Of a stretch of 10,933 nucleotides of DNA, positions 1-6,810 are shown piece by piece; within the stretch, counting starts at the first letter, position 1; each line of letters begins with the position of its first letter. A program made the translations under genes and the position numbers. The notes under the pieces were generated by a model, which made no database searches, was not told the origin of the DNA, and was given only the letters and a program-made list of their open reading frames with translations. The stretch is from Candidatus Altiarchaeota archaeon (GTDB taxonomy: Archaea; Altiarchaeota; Altiarchaeia; IMC4; SCGC-AAA252-I15): positions 1 through 10,933 of the forward strand of contig JBDRLL010000005.1 of the NCBI GenBank assembly GCA_043813075.1, written 5' to 3'.

Positions 1-1
1 T

Positions 2-178
2 ATCGCCAAGTCATACTGCGGATTCAATAATATGGGGATTGTAGACTGCGAAACAGTCATACACACACGAACCTCACAATCAGGTAATACCCGCGCACGC
101 GAGGACGGGGAAGCCTTCTTGCTAAAAAACAGGGATTACAAGCAGAGTTTGAAGGTCTCATACGCGGAGCTTAAGTGA
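2..178 (+). CDS. 3' end of a gene truncated by the window edge; hypothetical, weakly reminiscent of DUF707-like/glycosyltransferase C-termini
   Basis: Frame +2 is open from base 2 to TGA at 176-178 (IAKSYCGFNNMGIVDCETVIHTRTSQ...SYAELK*). GIVDCETVIHTR resembles the 'IID..V.HTR' motif I recall from DUF707-like proteins; the product is a guess. Confidence 0.5.
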   Translation: MAKSYCGFNNMGIVDCETVIHTRTSQSGNTRAREDGEAFLLKNRDYKQSLKVSYAELK

Positions 179-186
179 TTGTGGGC

Positions 187-210
187 ATGACATTCAGACA
201 GAATGTCCAT
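187..210. terminator. Hairpin between convergent genes, possible terminator or RNA-stability element
   Basis: Perfect 7-bp inverted repeat GACATTC (189-195) / GAATGTC (201-207) with a 5-nt loop, 10 nt after the stop at 178. Confidence 0.3.
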
Positions 211-267
211 AGGATATGCGACTTCATAATCAGATTAGGGAGAACGAATTGAGGGGCATAAGAACCA

Positions 268-861
268 TCACGCGTATCTGACTCTTTTCTCTATCTGCCT
301 GACTCTCGCCAGCATGTTCTCGTCGGCGCCATACCCGCTGACAACAGAATCCCATATCAGGTCAAGGCGCGGGGTGTGGGTCGCGAGTATGCTCTTCTTG
401 AAGACAACCAAATCCATAGCCCTGTCCTCCAGACGCCTGCTCCGGAAAGATAGCCCAAAATCTATGAAGAAGACTTTCCCCTCCTTGAGTATCATGTTGG
501 ACGTCGTCAGGTCATTGTGTATGACGTCTGCGCCATGCAGTCTCCTGAGGGAAGCGCCGACCGACCCTGCGATAGACTTAACCTCATCCACGGAAGCGGA
601 ATCCAGGAAATCCTTTAGCAGGACGCCGTCAACATACTCCATGACAATCCTATAACCCTTCGCATCCACTTCAAACACCTTGGGGGCCATAACGCCGACC
701 TCACGAGCCTTCTGAAGCAGCTGGCCCTCCCTGTTGGTGCGCTGCCTGCGGAGCCTGGAGTCGACCTCCGGAATCCGGTATTTCTTGCAAACCCTCTCCT
801 TCACAAGCCTGCCGCCGTCATGATACAGGTTGGCTTCAGCGCCCTTCCCCATCAATTCCAT
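268..861 (-). CDS. bud32: KEOPS complex kinase/ATPase Bud32 (standalone, not fused to Kae1)
   Basis: GAEA G-loop, VKER lysine, RTxREG helix-C, IHNDLTTSN catalytic loop, IDFGL, EDRAMDL and C-terminal IEKRVRY. ATG at 861 is preferred over TTG at 867. Confidence 0.95.
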   Translation of the reverse strand: MELMGKGAEANLYHDGGRLVKERVCKKYRIPEVDSRLRRQRTNREGQLLQKAREVGVMAPKVFEVDAKGYRIVMEYVDGVLLKDFLDSASVDEVKSIAGSVGASLRRLHGADVIHNDLTTSNMILKEGKVFFIDFGLSFRSRRLEDRAMDLVVFKKSILATHTPRLDLIWDSVVSGYGADENMLARVRQIEKRVRYA

Positions 862-908
862 CTTCAAAGTATTTAACAGTAATAGACTATATCTTACACC
901 GGAAAAAA
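862..908. promoter_or_regulatory. Divergent promoter region bud32 / hsp20
   Basis: 47-bp AT-rich spacer between divergent starts. It contains TTTAAC (872-877) and, on the minus strand, GATATAGT (~890-883), about 25 nt before the bud32 ATG. Confidence 0.4.
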
Positions 909-1223
909 ATGGATGACATTGAGGACATACTCTTCAGAATCGCGAGACAGCTTCTGGCAAGCACTGGCAGCATGACGATAGCTAGGGGAGAGGGCGAGCC
1001 ATACTCTGAATACGGGGAGACCGAGGATAACGTCGTGCTGACCATAGAGCTCCCAGGCGCGAACCCGGCGGACATAAGAGTGTTCATAAGCAGGAACAGC
1101 ATCGAAGTCAGGGTCGAGGAGATGGGGTACGAGACCATGCACTCCACCCCACCCATAAAGCCGCGTGAAGCAGAGATAAGATGCAGGAATGGTGTGCTGG
1201 AAGTTAAGACTCCGAGAGCATAG
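909..1223 (+). CDS. Small heat-shock protein, Hsp20/alpha-crystallin family (short)
   Basis: Alpha-crystallin motifs ETEDNVVLTIELPG, DIRV and A-x-x-x-x-x-NGVLEVKTP. Confidence 0.85.
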   Translation: MDDIEDILFRIARQLLASTGSMTIARGEGEPYSEYGETEDNVVLTIELPGANPADIRVFISRNSIEVRVEEMGYETMHSTPPIKPREAEIRCRNGVLEVKTPRA

Positions 1224-1961
1224 TCACCCCCGCCTTAAGCGCTCCAAAGCCTCGAAGAAAAACGCGTTCGTAAGGCAGTTATGCTCAAACCCGAAATCCT
1301 TGAACGCCCTCTGGCGGATGAACGCCAGCATCATCGCCCCCGCGACATTCTGCTGCTGCCTGGCAGTATTCTCGCTCACATCCCCCATGTCATGGAATAT
1401 CTCCCTCGCAGGCTCCTCAGACAAGAAATCCCTTATGCCAGCGCCACCATACTTCCCCAAAAGCATGCGGCCCCGGTCTGTTGACCCTAGGTTAGACGTT
1501 ATGTTGACGTGGAGTATGTCGTAGGTGTGCTTGTCCAACACGCGCTTCCATTCTTCCAGCGGTATCCCGCCAAGCCAGTCCAACACCCCGCCCCGAGAGA
1601 GTCCGCGCACCTCCCGCTCGATATGCTTTACAGCAGTCTCGCGGACAACCTGCTCCTCCCTGCCGTCGAGATACAATGGCTCATCGGAGACACCCTCCTT
1701 CACTATGGTCGCAGGCTCGATGCCTGGGACAGAGGAGGGATCCCTGGACTGCCTCCAGAGCAGATGCGGATTGTACACAGAGTAATGGTAACCCCCGCCC
1801 TTGGGGGCTATCTTGAAATCGTAGTCGTCGACAACACAATCAGCGTTCTCCAGAAGCCGCCTCTGCAAAACGCCCATCAAGGGGATGCCGGCCATAAACC
1901 TGGAGAAACGAGAGGGTGCGGCAACACCATCACGCTCTTCATGAGGCATGAACGTCCGCAT
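1224..1961 (-). CDS. Hypothetical cytoplasmic protein (245 aa; alternative start ATG 1949)
   Basis: Longest ORF filling the gap between hsp20 and the AT-rich spacer, with plausible composition and a TATA box upstream. No family motif recognised. Confidence 0.75.
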   Translation of the reverse strand: MRTFMPHEERDGVAAPSRFSRFMAGIPLMGVLQRRLLENADCVVDDYDFKIAPKGGGYHYSVYNPHLLWRQSRDPSSVPGIEPATIVKEGVSDEPLYLDGREEQVVRETAVKHIEREVRGLSRGGVLDWLGGIPLEEWKRVLDKHTYDILHVNITSNLGSTDRGRMLLGKYGGAGIRDFLSEEPAREIFHDMGDVSENTARQQQNVAGAMMLAFIRQRAFKDFGFEHNCLTNAFFFEALERLRRG

Positions 1962-2008
1962 AATACCATAAGGGGAGTATTAGGATAATATTACCTCGAA
2001 AGCCTAGA

Positions 2009-2016
2009 TTTATAAA
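2009..2016. promoter_or_regulatory. Palindromic TATA box (TTTATAAA), probably serving divergent transcription
   Basis: TTTATAAA sits in a 104-bp AT-rich spacer, about 48 nt from the ATG at 1961 (-) and about 50 nt from the ATG at 2066 (+). Confidence 0.6.
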
Positions 2017-2065
2017 AGAATATTGAACATAATTAGACAGTCTTATTCTCCATAATACAGTGGGG

Positions 2066-2329
2066 ATGGATTTTAGGATGCAACTGAAAGAAGTCTTAGA
2101 GAAGATCGACGAGGTCATAAACGACCACACCATGCCAAAGAGGGTGAAGTCCGTTCTCGCGAAAATCAAGGAGGACTTGCAGAAGAACGACGGCCAGGAC
2201 CCGGCGGTGAGGGTCACTTCGGCCATATACACGATAGATGAGATAGTTAACGACGTGAACATACCGATGCATGCTAAAACAACCCTCTGGAACATAGTAA
2301 GCGACCTTGAAGCACTGAAGAATGAATAA
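2066..2329 (+). CDS. UPF0147 family protein
   Basis: I-x-D-x-T-M-P-K-R-V, R-x-x-S-A-I-x-x-I-D-E-I-x-N-D-x-N-I-P-x-H-A-K-T-x-L-W-N-I-V-S-x-L-E pattern typical of archaeal UPF0147. ATG 2066 is preferred over GTG 2060. Confidence 0.93.
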   Translation: MDFRMQLKEVLEKIDEVINDHTMPKRVKSVLAKIKEDLQKNDGQDPAVRVTSAIYTIDEIVNDVNIPMHAKTTLWNIVSDLEALKNE

Positions 2330-3302
2330 GAAGGAGCTTGTCACGAGAAACACCGAGGAAGTCGTGACAGAGGAGGAACTAGAGGAAGTCCTGAAAAAAC
2401 AGAAGCCAGTTGTATACTGCGGGTACGAGACTTCAGGCCCAGTGCACATAGGCACGCTCGTCACAGTCAACAAGCTGCTGGACTTCAAGAAGGCGGGAAT
2501 GCACGTTAAAGTGCTTTTCGCGGACGTGCACACCAGGCTGAACCACAAGGGCAGCGAAGAATGGATCCTCAAAATGACTGAATACTGGGGGGAGACGTTC
2601 AAGGCCCTGGGGCTTGAGGACGCGGAATACGTGCTCGGAAGCAGCTTCCAATACGAGAAGGATTACATGCACGACGTGCTCGAGGTCGGCGTCAAGACCA
2701 CCATGAACAGGGCGTTACGGAGCATGCAGGAGGTCGCAAGGGACATAGAGAACGCCCACGTTTCACAGGTGATATACCCGCTCATGCAGGCCGTCGACAT
2801 CAAGGCGCTGGATGCGGACATAGCATACGGCGGCATAGAGCAGAGGAAGATACACATGCTGGCGAGGGAGGCGCTGCCGGAGATAGGCTACCGCAAGCCA
2901 TTGTGCGTGCACACTCCGCTGTTATGCTCGCTTCAGGGCCCGGAATCCAAGATGAGTTCAAGCCAGCCGGACACGCTCATATCAGTGGAGGAGGATCCGG
3001 AGTCAATAAAAAAGAAGATAAACTCCGCGTACTGCCCTCTGGAGGCGGGAGGCAACCCTGTCTTGGACACGTGCAGGCTGATACTGTTCCCAATGCTCGG
3101 GAGCCTGGACGTCAGGAGGCCTGAGAAGTACGGGGGGGATGTTAAGTACGAGTCGTACATGAGCCTTGAGGCGGACTACCTGTCAAAGAAGCTTCACCCC
3201 CAGGATCTTAAGAACACTGTGGGCTTGGCGCTCTCAAAAGTCCTTGAGCCAGTTAGGGGGAGGCTGGAAGGCAAGGGCCTTAAGGCGCTTGAGAAGGAGT
3301 GA
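2322..3302 (+). CDS. tyrS: Tyrosine--tRNA ligase (archaeal short form)
   Basis: YCGYETSGPVHIGT (HIGH region), VLGSSFQ, IYPLMQAVDI, GGIEQRKIHMLARE, KMSSS and LHPQDLK; 326 aa. Confidence 0.97.
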   Translation: MNKKELVTRNTEEVVTEEELEEVLKKQKPVVYCGYETSGPVHIGTLVTVNKLLDFKKAGMHVKVLFADVHTRLNHKGSEEWILKMTEYWGETFKALGLEDAEYVLGSSFQYEKDYMHDVLEVGVKTTMNRALRSMQEVARDIENAHVSQVIYPLMQAVDIKALDADIAYGGIEQRKIHMLAREALPEIGYRKPLCVHTPLLCSLQGPESKMSSSQPDTLISVEEDPESIKKKINSAYCPLEAGGNPVLDTCRLILFPMLGSLDVRRPEKYGGDVKYESYMSLEADYLSKKLHPQDLKNTVGLALSKVLEPVRGRLEGKGLKALEKE

Positions 3303-4166
3303 TCAGCGGACCGTCATCTCAAGGTCAGAGCCCGTAGCATTACCTAATCCTGAAGTCATCTTCTTCAAGCGCTCTACAATAAGGTCTACGTTACTGTAGC
3401 ACTCGTCCTTGACGGTCCCATTGCTGATGCTGCCGCAAACACTCTTGTCCAGCTTCTTCTCTGCCACGACATAATTGCAGCTGTCCCGTGTGCTGGAGTC
3501 GTTTATGGGCTTGCATGTCTCACGCTCAGGGCTGACTGACGCAACACGGTAGTAGCACCAGTCCTTCGCCTTTGAATCCATTATGTTGTCGCAGTAGTTG
3601 GGGTTCTTGGATATCATCGCCAAGCACCGGTATTTCGATGAGGACTCTGCTATATCATTGCATACGTCAAGCATTGCGGAGTCCTGCGCCACACGGAACA
3701 GGCAGGTGTCACGCTGGGCGGTGATGTTTATCATCATGCACGTGGACTTGTCCATGCTAGCCACCGCAATCCCCTTAAGGCATTCCGCGTTATCGAGCTG
3801 TGACCTTATGACAGTGCATAGGGACTGGTTCATCGTCTCTGTCGCTATCAGCCGGTAGCAAGAGTCCATCCAGAACTGTGATGATATCTTGAGGCATTCA
3901 CTTTGATCGAGGCTCTTGACTCCGACACGCCAGTAGCACTCGTCCCTAGCGTCATCCTGGAGTGCAGAGCAGTCAGTCTCCTCCGGTATTGTAGACGCCA
4001 CAGGCTTAACCATGGTGGCCTTGGTAGTGCATGGAGGGCATGGGCCGCCGCAGTCAACGCCTGTCTCAAGCTGGTTCTGAACGCCGTCACTGCATGACGG
4101 CTGCTCCACACAGCCTAGTGAAATCACGGAAAGGACCGTCAGCAACACCACTATCCTTGATGACAT
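3303..4166 (-). CDS. Predicted surface lipoprotein with a CSDG..ETGVDCGGPC module and eight Cys-pair repeats
   Basis: Basic and hydrophobic N-terminus ending in lipobox-like SLGC (Cys19), then CSDGVQNQLETGVDCGGPCPPC, a Thr/Pro linker and 8 repeats. N-glycosylation sequons NQS, NIT, NDS, NGT and NAT are present. Confidence 0.85.
   Translation of the reverse strand: MSSRIVVLLTVLSVISLGCVEQPSCSDGVQNQLETGVDCGGPCPPCTTKATMVKPVASTIPEETDCSALQDDARDECYWRVGVKSLDQSECLKISSQFWMDSCYRLIATETMNQSLCTVIRSQLDNAECLKGIAVASMDKSTCMMINITAQRDTCLFRVAQDSAMLDVCNDIAESSSKYRCLAMISKNPNYCDNIMDSKAKDWCYYRVASVSPERETCKPINDSSTRDSCNYVVAEKKLDKSVCGSISNGTVKDECYSNVDLIVERLKKMTSGLGNATGSDLEMTVR
3399..3971 (-). repeat. Eight protein-level ~26-aa repeats, consensus C-x2-I-x5-(R/K)D-x-C-Y-x3-A
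   Basis: CSALQDDARDEC, CLKISSQFWMDSC, CTVIRSQLDNAEC, CMMINITAQRDTC, CNDIAESSSKYRC, CDNIMDSKAKDWC, CKPINDSSTRDSC, CGSISNGTVKDEC, mostly joined by 13-aa linkers. Diverged at the DNA level. Confidence 0.9.
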
Positions 4167-4190
4167 CGCCTATTAATTAGACACGATTGG

Positions 4191-4198
4191 CTTAAAAA
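4191..4198 (-). promoter_or_regulatory. TATA box for the lipoprotein gene (near-leaderless transcript)
   Basis: Minus-strand TTTTTAAG ends 25 nt upstream of the ATG at 4166. The T-run could also terminate the upstream transcript. Confidence 0.5.
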
Positions 4199-4201
4199 CA
4201 A

Positions 4202-5347
4202 CTAGTGTTTCTTTCGGTCGAATACTTTGCCGTTGTAGGCGTCGATGTAGTAGTATTCGCCAGACGCATTCTGTATGAATGGTGCGTTGCCGCGTTCCGG
4301 CTCCTCATCCAGTACGGCGACCACCCATATGCCGAACTTGTGCTCCTTCTCGGAGATCTTATCGAACATGTATCTGAACAACTTCAGATAGTCGGATTCC
4401 ATGAGGGTCAGATTCTCGGTTATATTATAATAATCTAGAGTATAGTTCATGTCCTGCCGCATGAACTTCTCCATCATCGCCCTAGCCCAATCGGAATCCC
4501 GGATGTCGTCCAGTATCACGTCCCTGTGGTTCCCGTAGAACGGGTCGTCCTGGAGCGAGAATGCTGTTGAAGACGCTATGTAGTAGGATTCGACGCGCAC
4601 CGGATTCTCTATGCCCGATGATTCCAGGGACATCTGTACCGCGGATTCCCGGGGCAGATAGTTGACGCCCACCGGATAGGCGACGTAGGCTGCGAACATC
4701 GAGTACAGCACGAGCACTATGATGGCGTCGGCTATGAGGAAGCGGGCGTTGACTTTCCGTGGGTAGTCGGGATACTTCCATAGGAAGAGTTTGTTGGCGA
4801 AGAATGAGGCGACGCCAAACGCGAAGAAGAGTCCGGTCAGAAGTCGGAGGATGTTGTTGCTCTCCCTCATGTGGAATACCGTCTGCGTGAAGCCGTCGAC
4901 CACTATCGGAAGGAAGCAGATGATGGTGAACTTGATGCTTCTGGTGAACTCTGGGAGCCTGCGTCTGAAGAATACCGTCGCCAAGCCGAGGACTCCGCCA
5001 ACGTATATGCCGATGTCTCTGGAGCATACTGGCTGTTGTATCCCGTTGAAGATGAATGAACGGTAGGTTATCTGATGGCAGGCGTGAGTGACTCCCGCGC
5101 CGATGTGCATTACCGCACCCACACCCCGGAACACAGGGTTGTTGGAGGCGATGAGGAACGGTGTTATGAATATCAGGAACACGAGGAACGCCACCACCAG
5201 GTAGGCGACCGTGTATATGTGGTAGATTAGACTCTGCCAATAGTCCTCGAGCTTTACTGACAGTCTTGCGGACGAAACCGTCTTGCCTTCCAGGAAGTTC
5301 ATGAAGTTCTCGAAGAACTCGCCACCCTTCCCCCCATCATCAGCCAT
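4202..5347 (-). CDS. DUF2085-domain membrane protein with a C-terminal extracellular PepSY-like region
   Basis: CHQITYRSF..GIQQPVCSRDIGIYVG, PIVVDGFTQ and RESNNILRLLTGLFF are DUF2085 signatures. About 5-6 hydrophobic segments, then a soluble C-terminus ending YYIDAYNGKV. Confidence 0.85.
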   Translation of the reverse strand: MADDGGKGGEFFENFMNFLEGKTVSSARLSVKLEDYWQSLIYHIYTVAYLVVAFLVFLIFITPFLIASNNPVFRGVGAVMHIGAGVTHACHQITYRSFIFNGIQQPVCSRDIGIYVGGVLGLATVFFRRRLPEFTRSIKFTIICFLPIVVDGFTQTVFHMRESNNILRLLTGLFFAFGVASFFANKLFLWKYPDYPRKVNARFLIADAIIVLVLYSMFAAYVAYPVGVNYLPRESAVQMSLESSGIENPVRVESYYIASSTAFSLQDDPFYGNHRDVILDDIRDSDWARAMMEKFMRQDMNYTLDYYNITENLTLMESDYLKLFRYMFDKISEKEHKFGIWVVAVLDEEPERGNAPFIQNASGEYYYIDAYNGKVFDRKKH

Positions 5348-6716
5348 TCTTAAGCTTTTCCCTGAGCAAGTCCATGACTATCCCGGAGTCCGCCCTACCC
5401 TTCATTTTTTTCATGACAGCGCCCATCAGGAAGTTTATGGACTTCTCCTCGCCGGCATGGTAGTCGGAGACCGCCTGACTGTTCTCGCCGATCACTTCAA
5501 CGACAACTGATTCAAGCATCCCGGACTCAGATACTTTACCCAGTTTCTCTGCTTCCACAATCTTTTTCGGGCTTTCCCCGGAGTCGATTATCCTCTCCAA
5601 AAGCTTCTTACCCACAGCCTCAGTCACCTTGTTTGAGGATACGAGGCCGAGCAGTTCGGTGAAGATTTCGGGCGTTAGCCTGGTTTCCCTCAATTCCACG
5701 TTACGGTAGTTCAACTGCTTCAACACTTCACGGCAGACCCACATGGAAGCCAGCTCGACGTCAGAGACGACAGCAACTTTCTCGAAGAAGTCTGCCACAT
5801 CCTTGTCCCTCACCATCGTCTGCGCGTAGTCCTCGCGCACGCCGTAGTCTTCCACAAGCCTCTTCCTCCGGAGCTGGGGCGTCTCAGGTAGTGTTATGCC
5901 CTCCAGGTATTCGCCTGTGAACGAGAGCGGGGGTATGTCAGGGTCCGGGATGTAGCGGTAGTCTGCGGCAGTCTCCTTCACCCGCTGGGAGACTGTGACC
6001 ATAGTCTTCTCGTCAAAGCCCCGTGTCTCCTGAGTGACCTTGACGCCACGCCGCATCATGTTCTTCTGGCGTACGATCTCGTACTGTATGGCCTTGAATG
6101 CCCCCGCCACACTGTTTATGTTCTTTATCTCCACCTTAGCGCCGCCCTCAATGCTTATGTTCACGTCAGCCCTCATGACGCCGCCAACGTCGACTATGCG
6201 TTCAGTGTACTTCAGCAGGTTGACCAGCTCCCTCAGGAAATTCCGGACTTCATCGGGGCCCTTCATGTCAGGGGCGGTCACTATCTCTATCAGCGCGACG
6301 CCGCTGCGGTTGTAGTCCACGTAACCGGACTTCAAGTCGTATCTCCCAGGATCCTCCTCCAGATGCACCTCCCATATGCCGACGCCCCCCAGATTCCCGT
6401 CCACCCCCAGGGGCTCGGAAGTCCTCTGGTATCCGGAAGGCAGGTCAGGGTAGTTGTAGTGCTTGCGCTTAACGAACACGTTGTCCCGGACCATCTTGCA
6501 CTCCAGCAGCCTGGCTATCATCACGGAAGTATCGATCGCGTGAGAGTTCAGCGGGTAAGGTTTCGAGCCAGGCATGCCAGTGCAGACAGGGCACACATTG
6601 ACGTTCGGCTCGCCAGCATCCCAGTAGTTGGTAGGGCAACTGCAGAAAAGCTTCTGGCCGGTCTTCAAGGGCACGTGGATTTCCAAGCCTATCTTAACGC
6701 TAACATCTTCCGCCAT
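5340..6716 (-). CDS. gatB: Asp-tRNA(Asn)/Glu-tRNA(Gln) amidotransferase subunit B
   Basis: IGLEIH, KLFCSC, CPVCTGMPG, YPDLPSGYQ, HLEED, DYNRSGVALIEIVT, MRADVNIS, VEIKNINS, QETRGFD, DYRYIPDPD and a YqeY-like tail. At 458 aa it has no GatE-type insertion. Confidence 0.97.
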   Translation of the reverse strand: MAEDVSVKIGLEIHVPLKTGQKLFCSCPTNYWDAGEPNVNVCPVCTGMPGSKPYPLNSHAIDTSVMIARLLECKMVRDNVFVKRKHYNYPDLPSGYQRTSEPLGVDGNLGGVGIWEVHLEEDPGRYDLKSGYVDYNRSGVALIEIVTAPDMKGPDEVRNFLRELVNLLKYTERIVDVGGVMRADVNISIEGGAKVEIKNINSVAGAFKAIQYEIVRQKNMMRRGVKVTQETRGFDEKTMVTVSQRVKETAADYRYIPDPDIPPLSFTGEYLEGITLPETPQLRRKRLVEDYGVREDYAQTMVRDKDVADFFEKVAVVSDVELASMWVCREVLKQLNYRNVELRETRLTPEIFTELLGLVSSNKVTEAVGKKLLERIIDSGESPKKIVEAEKLGKVSESGMLESVVVEVIGENSQAVSDYHAGEEKSINFLMGAVMKKMKGRADSGIVMDLLREKLKNG

Positions 6717-6727
6717 CTTCAGGGTGA

Positions 6728-6786
6728 TACGAGAAAAAATTACTCGTACGCGCTATTTAAACAAAAACCGTGCGTACAAGGTTTTT
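6728..6786. promoter_or_regulatory. Divergent promoter gatB / surface protein with a TTTAAA box and three inverted repeats
   Basis: TTTAAA at 6756-6761; inverted repeats TACGAG/CTCGTA, GTACGC/GCGTAC and AAAAACC/GGTTTTT. Confidence 0.55.
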
Positions 6787-6810
6787 ATGCGGCCAGATAG
6801 ATTTATTACG

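Noticed and set aside
187-252. 21-codon ORF MTFRQNVHRICDFIIRLGRTN in the convergent gap
   Set aside because: No convincing SD or promoter; it coincides with a hairpin and its length is expected by chance.
490-525. Bud32 catalytic loop HND instead of HGD
   Set aside because: Catalytic Asp/Asn, Lys and DFG are all intact; most likely a tolerated variant.
2412-2456. TyrRS HIGT and KMSSS deviations suggesting altered specificity
   Set aside because: Such variants occur in archaeal TyrRS, and the Tyr-recognition residues (the Y of YCG, and Y/Q/D in YPLMQAVD) are present.
4482-5240. 252-aa alternative-frame ORF inside the DUF2085 gene
   Set aside because: Arg/His/Pro-rich composition typical of an off-frame read; fully nested in a gene with clear family motifs.
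6628-6810. N-terminal extension of the surface-protein ORF
   Set aside because: Overlaps the gatB start and promoter; the signal peptide starts at ATG 6811.
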